A stretch of DNA of 64,000 nucleotides, taken from NCBI GenBank assembly GCA_002937855.1, contig PTKS01000009.1:5362-69361 (forward strand), written 5' to 3'. Shown piece by piece: positions 56,889 to 64,000 of this stretch (position 1 is the stretch's first letter; every line of letters begins with the position of its first letter). The notes below the pieces were generated by a model. The model was not told where the DNA came from, did no database searches, and saw nothing but the letters and a program-made list of their open reading frames with translations. A program made the position numbers and the translations under genes. Source of the DNA: Alphaproteobacteria bacterium MarineAlpha5_Bin12. Lineage in GTDB: Bacteria; Pseudomonadota; Alphaproteobacteria; HIMB59; GCA-002718135.

Positions 56889-58178
56889 ATGACCGATGGT
56901 ATTAATTCAAGAATTGTTATAGTAAAAATACTTAAAAAGATAAAAGAATCAAGAATTAATATTGATCAATGTTTTGAAAAAGAATTAAAAAAAATAAATT
57001 TATCAATAAAAGATAAAAAATATATTTATAATGTTGTAATAACAACAATAAAAAATATCAATTCTATTGACCAAATATTAAAAAATTTTACTAAAAGTGT
57101 TAATAAAAAAGATGTATCTTATTTTTTTATAATAAGTGCAATATCACAAATATTTATTTTAAATCAAAAAGAATATGCAGTAATTAATTCAACTTGCGAA
57201 GCATATAAAAGACTAAATAAAAAAAAGTTAAACTTTATTAATGGGCTTCTTAGAAATATTACTAGAAATAAATCATTTATAAATATAGATAAGCTAAATA
57301 AATCTTTACATCCTATATGGTTTAAAAATATTTTAAAAGAATTGCCAACAAGTAAAAGAAAGGTCATCTATAAATCAATTACAAAAAGACCTCTAATAAA
57401 TTTAGTTTTTAAGAATAATAAAAAATTGAATATAGTTAAACAAAAATTTTTAGAAACATCTAAAAATAGTTTAGCTTTATCTGAATTTATAGATTTAAAA
57501 AAAATATCAGGTTACAATGAGGGTCTGTGGTGGGTTCAAGATTTTGCATCTACTATTCCAGTTAAATTAATTCCGAATTTAAAAAATCAAAATATATTGG
57601 ATATGTGTGCGGCACCAGGAGGCAAAACTTTTCAACTATTAAATAGTGGTGCTAGGGTAACATCTTGTGATATTTCTATTAATAGAGTTAAATTGTTAAA
57701 AGAGAATGCACGTAGATTACAATATAATTTAAATATAATTAATATGGACGCTTTAAAAATATTAGAAAATAAATTTTTTGATACAGTTTTAATTGACGCA
57801 CCTTGCAGCTCTATTGGAACAATTAGAAAAAATCCTGAAATTCTCTATAGAAATAGCGGCCCAAATTTTGAATTTTATTTAGATTTACAATATAAATTAC
57901 TAGAAAAAGCAAAAAAATTGTTAAAAATTAATGGGACTCTAATATTTGCAGTTTGTTCATTTAATAAAAAAGAAGGTGTAAAACAGATAGAAAAATTTTT
58001 GTTAAAAAATAAGAATTTTCAAATAAATCCTATAATTAAAAGTGAATCAAAGGGTTTTAAAAAATTAGTTACTAAAGAAGGTTTTTTTCAATCATATCCT
58101 GATGATTTAATTGAAATTGGTGGTATTGATGGGTTTTTTATAGCAAGGTTAATTAAAAAAAATGATAATGCTTTATAA
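56889..58178 (+). CDS. rsmB: 16S rRNA (cytosine-C5)-methyltransferase RsmB/Sun
   Basis: DMCAAPGGKT SAM motif and DAPCSSIGTIRKNPE catalytic motif. Confidence 0.85.
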   Translation: MTDGINSRIVIVKILKKIKESRINIDQCFEKELKKINLSIKDKKYIYNVVITTIKNINSIDQILKNFTKSVNKKDVSYFFIISAISQIFILNQKEYAVINSTCEAYKRLNKKKLNFINGLLRNITRNKSFINIDKLNKSLHPIWFKNILKELPTSKRKVIYKSITKRPLINLVFKNNKKLNIVKQKFLETSKNSLALSEFIDLKKISGYNEGLWWVQDFASTIPVKLIPNLKNQNILDMCAAPGGKTFQLLNSGARVTSCDISINRVKLLKENARRLQYNLNIINMDALKILENKFFDTVLIDAPCSSIGTIRKNPEILYRNSGPNFEFYLDLQYKLLEKAKKLLKINGTLIFAVCSFNKKEGVKQIEKFLLKNKNFQINPIIKSESKGFKKLVTKEGFFQSYPDDLIEIGGIDGFFIARLIKKNDNAL

Positions 58179-59748
58179 AATTATTAAATATTTAGTTATT
58201 AAAAATTTTTTATACAAAATATATTTATTAATACGAACTAAGAAAGAATTTGAAGGAATTCAAAACTTTAATATTGTTCCTACTAAAAAAAAATCTCTTA
58301 ATAGTCTTTTAAAAATTAATGAAGATTATTTTTCTTCTAATCCTGAAAATAAAATACCCATAGAAATGCACAGTTTTGATTGGTTAAATGATTTTAAAAA
58401 AACAGGTGGTATCAATTTACTAAAAAAATCAAGACACTTAATTTTGGATTGGAAACACTGTGACTTTAACTTGTCTTCAAATGTATGGAATGAATTGTTG
58501 ATAGCTAAAAGAATTATTAATTTATCTACAAATTTTGACTACTATGGCACAACTGCAAGTAAAGAATTCAAAACTATTGTTACAAATTTAATTTTTTTTC
58601 ATTACAAAAATTTACTATTCCTTAAAAATTTCTATCTTGAAAAACATGATATCGACTTGGAAGTATCAAAAGCATTATTATTAACGTCTAGTTTTTTTGG
58701 AAAAAAAAAGGATTTTTTTAAATTAATAAATTTTATAAAAAAACAAACTATACATCAAATTAATAAGGATGGATTTCATAAAAGTATTAATATTTTTGAA
58801 CAAGCGAAGTTTATTAACAATTTAATAGAAATAAAAAATATATTACTTTTTAATAAATATAATAATTGGTCTGGTATAGATAATATAATTGAAGAAATGA
58901 CATCAGTTTTAAAAAATTTTTTTCATAAAGATCAGAGCTTGCCTTTATTTAACGCAACAAACAATAAGCAAATTGATTATGTTAGATACATAGCAAACTT
59001 ACAAAAGGATTTAAAAGTAAAAAAACTTTTTGAAATAAAGGATGGTATTGCGGTAGTTGAGGCATCAACAACAAAAATTTTTTTTGATATTACAAAGCCA
59101 AATAGCAAATTATTGAACAAAAGAATGCATTCTGGGACTTTAAGTTTTGAAATGAGTCATGATAATGAAAAAATAATTACAAATTGTGGATCTCCAGAAA
59201 AATATTTAGGAAAAAACCAAGTATATTTTCGATATTCAGCTGCACATTCTACCTTAACAATTAATAATACTAATATTAGCGAATTATCTGAAAAAAATGG
59301 GTATAGAAGAATACCAAAAAATATTAAAAATTCATCAGAAGAAAAAAAAGATTTTTATAAAATTACTGCATCTCATGATGGTTACAAAAATAATTATGGT
59401 GTTTTAATTAGAAGAACTCTAAAAATAAATAAGGACGGACTATTAATTTTGGGGTCCGATGAAATACTCAACTTAAAAAAAGTAAATAAAAACAATACTT
59501 TCGAAATAAGATTTCATTTAATGCCAGAAATTATTAGTGCTTTAACAAATAATGATGAACAAGTTATATTAAAATTAAAAAATGGTATGGCTTGGTATTT
59601 GAGGTCTGAAAACAATAAACTAAGAATTGATGAAAGTCTCTATATGGGAAGTGGAAGCCAGCCTCTTGCATCATCACAAATTGTTATTTATGGATCTATA
59701 AGTAAATTAAAGAATATAGTAAATTGGGAATTAAAAAAGGTTATATAA
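58162..59748 (+). CDS. Heparinase II/III-like family protein
   Basis: HSGTLSFEMSHDNEKIITNCGS...YSAAHSTLTINN resembles the Hepar_II_III C-terminal domain. It sits between rsmB and purH, as in many alphaproteobacteria. Confidence 0.65.
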   Translation: MIMLYKIIKYLVIKNFLYKIYLLIRTKKEFEGIQNFNIVPTKKKSLNSLLKINEDYFSSNPENKIPIEMHSFDWLNDFKKTGGINLLKKSRHLILDWKHCDFNLSSNVWNELLIAKRIINLSTNFDYYGTTASKEFKTIVTNLIFFHYKNLLFLKNFYLEKHDIDLEVSKALLLTSSFFGKKKDFFKLINFIKKQTIHQINKDGFHKSINIFEQAKFINNLIEIKNILLFNKYNNWSGIDNIIEEMTSVLKNFFHKDQSLPLFNATNNKQIDYVRYIANLQKDLKVKKLFEIKDGIAVVEASTTKIFFDITKPNSKLLNKRMHSGTLSFEMSHDNEKIITNCGSPEKYLGKNQVYFRYSAAHSTLTINNTNISELSEKNGYRRIPKNIKNSSEEKKDFYKITASHDGYKNNYGVLIRRTLKINKDGLLILGSDEILNLKKVNKNNTFEIRFHLMPEIISALTNNDEQVILKLKNGMAWYLRSENNKLRIDESLYMGSGSQPLASSQIVIYGSISKLKNIVNWELKKVI

Positions 59749-61242
59749 ATGAAAGAATATGCTTTGATATCTGTGCAAAATAAAAAAAACCTTTCTATGA
59801 TTTGCAAAATTTTCAAAAAAAACAATGTTGACATTATTTCTACTGGAGGCACATATAAAGCAATAAAAAAATTAGGCTTCAAAGTTTTAAAAGTTTCAGA
59901 AATAACGAAATTTGAAGAAGTTTTAGATGGAAGAGTTAAAACTCTTCATCCAAAAATACATGCTGGAATTTTATTTGACAGAAAAAAAAATAATCATCAA
60001 AAAACTATAGCTAAAAAAAACATACCTACTATTGAATATCTTGTTGTAGATTTATATGATTTTAAAAAAACAATCAAAAATACAAATGATTTAGAAAAAT
60101 GTATAGAAAATATTGATATAGGTGGGCATTCATTAATTAGATCTGCTGCAAAAAATTACAAGTATGTAAATGTTTTGACTGACATAAAAGATTATAAAAA
60201 GCTTAATTATGAATTAAATTTAAATAATGGGAAAACATCCATTAACTTTAGAAAAAAATTAGCAAGCAAAGCATTTAAATCAATATATAAATATGACTTA
60301 GTAATTAGCGATTGGTTCAATAATAATAATAATTTGTTATTTAAAAAATTAAAATATGGTGAAAACCCCCACCAAAAAGCTCGTTTAGTTTCAAAAAAAA
60401 ATAATCCTATTTTATCTTTCATAAAAAAAATTCAAGGTAAAGAAATGAGTTATAATAACATTAACGATACTATATGTGCGATATCATGTATTAAAGATTT
60501 AAAAAAATTTGCAACTGTTTTTGTTAAACATGCAAATCCATGTGGAGCAGCTCAAAATAATAACATTTTAAAAGCTTTTGATAATGCATTAGCGTCTGAT
60601 AAACAAAGTGCTTATGGTGGTGTCGTTATTTTTAATAAATCTGTAAATGATCAGCTTGCTAAAAAAATAAAAAAAATTCATTTAGACATAGTTATAGCGC
60701 CTAATTTTAGTAAATCTGCTTTAAACATATTGAAAAATAAAAAAATAATTATATTAATTTTAAAAAAAACAAATCAAAAAAAAGAATTAAAATCGATACC
60801 AGGAGGCTTAATTGAGCAGGAAGTAGATAAGGTTGTAGTTAAACGAAAAAATTTAAAATGTGTAACAAAATATAGCTCTCAAAATAGATTATTAGATGAC
60901 ATGATATTTGCATATACAATTGCTAAACATGTTAAATCTAACGCAGTAGTTATAACAAAAAATTTTCAAGTTTTAGGAATTGGCGCAGGTCAAATGAGTA
61001 GGGTTGATGCAATTGAAATTGCAATGAAAAAAATGACGAAGAATTTTGCCAAGAATAGCAGTTATGTTATTGCTTCTGATGGATTCTTGCCCTTTTCAGA
61101 TAATATTAACAAATTAAAAAAACCAGGTTGTAAAGGAATAATTCAACCAGGGGGTTCAAAAAATGATTCTTTTATTATTAAAAAAGCAAATAAATATAAA
61201 ATTCCAATGTATTTTACAGGTATAAGACAATTTAAACATTAA
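59749..61242 (+). CDS. purH: Bifunctional AICAR transformylase/IMP cyclohydrolase
   Basis: ALISV..K, STGGT, LDGRVKTLHPKIHAGIL, KHANPCG and the C-terminal FTGIRQFKH. Confidence 0.93.
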   Translation: MKEYALISVQNKKNLSMICKIFKKNNVDIISTGGTYKAIKKLGFKVLKVSEITKFEEVLDGRVKTLHPKIHAGILFDRKKNNHQKTIAKKNIPTIEYLVVDLYDFKKTIKNTNDLEKCIENIDIGGHSLIRSAAKNYKYVNVLTDIKDYKKLNYELNLNNGKTSINFRKKLASKAFKSIYKYDLVISDWFNNNNNLLFKKLKYGENPHQKARLVSKKNNPILSFIKKIQGKEMSYNNINDTICAISCIKDLKKFATVFVKHANPCGAAQNNNILKAFDNALASDKQSAYGGVVIFNKSVNDQLAKKIKKIHLDIVIAPNFSKSALNILKNKKIIILILKKTNQKKELKSIPGGLIEQEVDKVVVKRKNLKCVTKYSSQNRLLDDMIFAYTIAKHVKSNAVVITKNFQVLGIGAGQMSRVDAIEIAMKKMTKNFAKNSSYVIASDGFLPFSDNINKLKKPGCKGIIQPGGSKNDSFIIKKANKYKIPMYFTGIRQFKH

Positions 61243-61530
61243 TGTATTTTAATAGAGAAATAAAAAAAAAGAATAAATTATATAAGAAAAAATTGGTAAA
61301 GTTTGAATCAAAATTTAATATTAATACATTAAATTTTTTTATTTCAAAACATCCAAAACTAAAAGGTGGTAGAAAAAATTACATAAAAAAAGAAGTAAAT
61401 AATTCAAAAAATATATGTCTAACAAAGCTATATAAATACTCAAAAAAAGTGAAAGCTAAAGAAATCACTAAAGTAAAATTTAAAAAATACAAAAACAAAA
61501 TTACAATTAATGCGTTACTATATATATAAT

Positions 61531-61590
61531 TTATTAAATGAAATTAAAATGATTTATAAAAAAGAAATGGAAGAATTAGGTTATTTGTAA
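61531..61590 (+). pseudogene. C-terminal remnant of a third sulfotransferase paralog
   Basis: The frame ending at TAA 61588-61590 reads LLNEIKMIYKKEMEELGYL*. This parallels the C-termini FEIEKKFENEMKELGYI* and KLIENNFFQEMKTLEYL* of the two intact neighbours. No N-terminal PAPS-binding part is present. Confidence 0.4.
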
Positions 61591-61592
61591 CT

Positions 61593-62438
61593 ATGGATTC
61601 TAAAAAATTCATATGGCTTAGCTCTTACCCCAAAAGTGGAAATACAATGATAAGACTTTTTTTATCTGCATATTTTTTTTCTAAAGAAGGCAAAATTAAC
61701 TCTTTAAAAGAAATCAAACATATTTCAAATTTCCAAAATTTATTGTTAACACTGCCAAATATACCTAGTTATGAAGATTTTAAAAAAGATTTAAGTAAAG
61801 TATGTCCTCTTTGGCTTAATGCTCAAGAAACTAATGCTCCGTTAATAAAAAAGTCTTTGATTTTAAAAACTCACAGTTTTATGGGAAAGATCAATAACTA
61901 TCCTCTCACTAGCTCCAAATACACTAAAGGATTTATTTATATTGTTAGAGATCCAAGATCAGTGTGTATTTCAAATATGCATCATTATAATTTTTCCATA
62001 AATGAATCTGTTAAAAGTATTTTTGATGATAAAAGATTTTCATTAGGATTGGGAGCTCCAGTACCTGAAATTATTTCATCTTGGAAAAATCATTATTTGT
62101 CATGGAAAAAATTTAGTTCAGAAGTTCCAAACATTATAGTTAAATATGAAGATTTAATAGATAACAAAGAAAAAGAATTGGAAAAAATTTTAAAATTTTT
62201 AAGCTTAATAAACAAATTTGAATTAAATTTAGAAAAATTAAAAAATTCAATCAATTCTATTGACTTCAAAAAAGTGAAAAAAATGGAAGAAGATAAGGGT
62301 TTTGATGAAAAATTACATGGTAATTCTTTTTTTAGAAAGGGGTTAAAAGATGAGTGGAAAAATGAATTATCAAAAAAACTTCAATTTGAAATAGAAAAAA
62401 AATTTGAAAATGAAATGAAAGAATTGGGATATATTTAA
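61593..62438 (+). CDS. PAPS-dependent sulfotransferase
   Basis: 5-prime-PSB motif SYPKSGNTM and 3-prime-PB motif IVRDPRS. Confidence 0.8.
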   Translation: MDSKKFIWLSSYPKSGNTMIRLFLSAYFFSKEGKINSLKEIKHISNFQNLLLTLPNIPSYEDFKKDLSKVCPLWLNAQETNAPLIKKSLILKTHSFMGKINNYPLTSSKYTKGFIYIVRDPRSVCISNMHHYNFSINESVKSIFDDKRFSLGLGAPVPEIISSWKNHYLSWKKFSSEVPNIIVKYEDLIDNKEKELEKILKFLSLINKFELNLEKLKNSINSIDFKKVKKMEEDKGFDEKLHGNSFFRKGLKDEWKNELSKKLQFEIEKKFENEMKELGYI

Positions 62439-62441
62439 TAA

Positions 62442-63296
62442 TTATAGATATTCAAGAGTTTTCATTTCTTGAAAAAAATTATTTTCTATTAATTTAATTT
62501 GTTCATTATTTAGAACATTCGTCCATTCATCAACCACACCTTTTCTAAAAAATTTCTTCGAAGTAAATGGTTTTTCTAAAAATCCTTTTTTATTTTCTAT
62601 TTTTTTCAAATTTTGAAGGTTGGTAGATTTTACACAATTAATAAGTTTTTTTTCATTGATTTCAAAATTTATAAAATTTTTCAAAAATAATAAAATCTTT
62701 CTAAATTGTATTATGGGATTTTGAACTAGTTCTTCGTATTTTATAATTAATCCTAGACCATTATTTGCAAAATTTTTCCAAGAATTATAATGAATAGCCC
62801 ATGAAGAAACAAGTTCGGGTATTGTTAAATCAGTTTTTTGATAATTAATAATATAATTTTTATTAATTAAATATTTTATTGTTTTGTTTAAATCGTAACC
62901 AGTATGATGGCTATAGGAAACCGCTATTGAGCGAGGGTCTCTAACGATATAAATAAAACACTTAGTTAAATCTTTGTTTGTAAAATAAGTGTTATTTATT
63001 TTAGCCATACAATCATGGGTTTTGATAAATAAATTAGTTTTAATTTTAGAAGAAATTTCTTTTTGAATTGGCAACCAATATTTACTTGATATTTTTGGAT
63101 TTTTTATAAAGTAATCAATTTCTGGAACATTTTTTATATTTTTTAAAAATGCATATCTGCTAATTTTGAATATATTTTCGATTGTATTAAAATCTGAAAT
63201 TATTCCATCAGTTGAATAAAAATAAGCAGATAAAAGCAATCTTATATAAGTGTTTCCACTCTTTGGGTATGATGCAATCCAACTAATCTTTTTCAT
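62442..63296 (-). CDS. PAPS-dependent sulfotransferase (paralog, convergent)
   Basis: SYPKSGNTY and IVRDPRS. It is collinear with the 61593 gene. Confidence 0.8.
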   Translation of the reverse strand: MKKISWIASYPKSGNTYIRLLLSAYFYSTDGIISDFNTIENIFKISRYAFLKNIKNVPEIDYFIKNPKISSKYWLPIQKEISSKIKTNLFIKTHDCMAKINNTYFTNKDLTKCFIYIVRDPRSIAVSYSHHTGYDLNKTIKYLINKNYIINYQKTDLTIPELVSSWAIHYNSWKNFANNGLGLIIKYEELVQNPIIQFRKILLFLKNFINFEINEKKLINCVKSTNLQNLKKIENKKGFLEKPFTSKKFFRKGVVDEWTNVLNNEQIKLIENNFFQEMKTLEYL

Positions 63297-63366
63297 AATT
63301 TTAATTACAACCTTAATACAATGTAATATATTTACTCAAATATTAATATAAATAATTTAATTTATT

Positions 63367-64000
63367 ATGTCAGAAAAAAAACAAAAACAAATTATGATCG
63401 ATCTTTCCAAGGCTGAATCGTATTTTAGAGGCGGAGGAATGACAATAATTAATAAAAACTTTCATTTTCTCTTAGATAAAAATTTTATGGAAATTAATAA
63501 AAGTTTGGCAAGTGATGATAAAGAAGAAAAGAGGATTTGGAAAAATCATATTTTTTGCAATTTTTTTGATAATGGTTTGCATGTAGAAGGGGATTTAGTT
63601 GAATGTGGGGTTTACAAAGGATTTTCATGTGCAGTTGCATGTAATTATTTAAACTTTGAAAGATACAAAAATAAAAAATTATTTTTATTTGATACATGGG
63701 ACGGCATTCCTGATGATCAACTTGATGATATTAGAAAAAAATATCCTGAAATGAATAATAAATATAAATCAGAAGAGAATCTTGAACTGGTTAATGAAAG
63801 GTTTAAAAAATTTCCCAATGTAATAAAAGTGAAAGGAAAGATTCCCGAATCTTTTAAAAGTATTTCTTTGCCTGATAAAATTTCTTTTTTACATTTAGAT
63901 CTTAATACTCACATAGGAGAAATACTGGCTCTTGAGAAATTATTTTCTAGAATGTCAAAGGGCGCTATATGTCTTTTGGATGACTTTGGAGAAACAATTG
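63367..64000 (+). CDS. TylF/MycF-family (macrocin-type) O-methyltransferase, 3-prime end outside the window; absent from the ORF track
   Basis: I translated 211 codons without a stop. GDLVECGVYKGFS, FDTWDGIP and ISFLHLDLN are characteristic TylF motifs. Confidence 0.75.
   Translation, partial: MSEKKQKQIMIDLSKAESYFRGGGMTIINKNFHFLLDKNFMEINKSLASDDKEEKRIWKNHIFCNFFDNGLHVEGDLVECGVYKGFSCAVACNYLNFERYKNKKLFLFDTWDGIPDDQLDDIRKKYPEMNNKYKSEENLELVNERFKKFPNVIKVKGKIPESFKSISLPDKISFLHLDLNTHIGEILALEKLFSRMSKGAICLLDDFGETI

Noticed and set aside
61242-61529. 95-aa Lys-rich ORF after purH as a genuine gene.
   Set aside because: It has a low-complexity K/N-rich sequence typical of random ORFs in AT-rich DNA and starts inside the purH stop (TAATG). 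It is better explained as part of a decayed sulfotransferase remnant, so it is not reported as a CDS.
1-64000. CRISPR arrays, rRNA genes, insertion sequences, retron/DGR-type reverse transcriptases and long tandem repeats.
   Set aside because: Reading both strands, I found no regularly spaced direct repeats, no rRNA-like conserved stretches, and no transposase or RT motifs. The only tRNA is tRNA-Arg(CCT), plus its partial copy.

Overview
This is a very AT-rich, extremely gene-dense chromosome segment. Many neighbouring genes overlap by 1-20 nt, and nine convergent gene pairs share or abut their stop codons. It reads like a streamlined marine alphaproteobacterium of the SAR11/Pelagibacterales type, based on GcrA, CarD, a HemY/mitofilin-like pair and a contiguous System I ccmABCDEFGH. 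No rRNA, CRISPR array, transposase or integrase was recognised. The first ~30 kb is mostly core: yciB tail, pgk, gcrA, ogt, a glycine-betaine module (bhmT-like, choline-kinase-like, proV/proX/fused proW, two SDRs), tRNA-Arg(CCT), carD, fdxA, a Suv3-like helicase, acnA, the ccm operon and a polar amino acid ABC transporter. From ~30 kb to the end, core genes (folD, tsaD, acs, tdk, rsmB, purH) alternate with cell-surface-glycan accessory genes: methyltransferases, five GT9-like proteins (three with N-terminal TPR arrays), GT2 and GT8-like enzymes, two cytidylyltransferase domains, a divergent DAHP/KDO8P-synthase-like aldolase with an AroE-like dehydrogenase, two sulfotransferases and a TylF-like O-methyltransferase. 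Main leads: (1) A 1.3-kb integrase-less islet lies between the intact tRNA-Arg and a 51-nt perfect copy of its 3-prime half. It carries a tightly coupled three-gene orphan cassette and subterminal direct repeats. (2) A ~9.5-kb co-directional gene string looks like a pathway for an unusual CMP-activated 3-deoxy-ulosonic acid, coupled to TPR-GT transferases. (3) An unlisted 41-aa polybasic ORF has a strong SD, an upstream palindrome and two terminators. (4) A metallophosphoesterase homolog has every metal-ligand motif substituted. All family calls come from motif recognition by eye. No database search, HMM or folding program was run.
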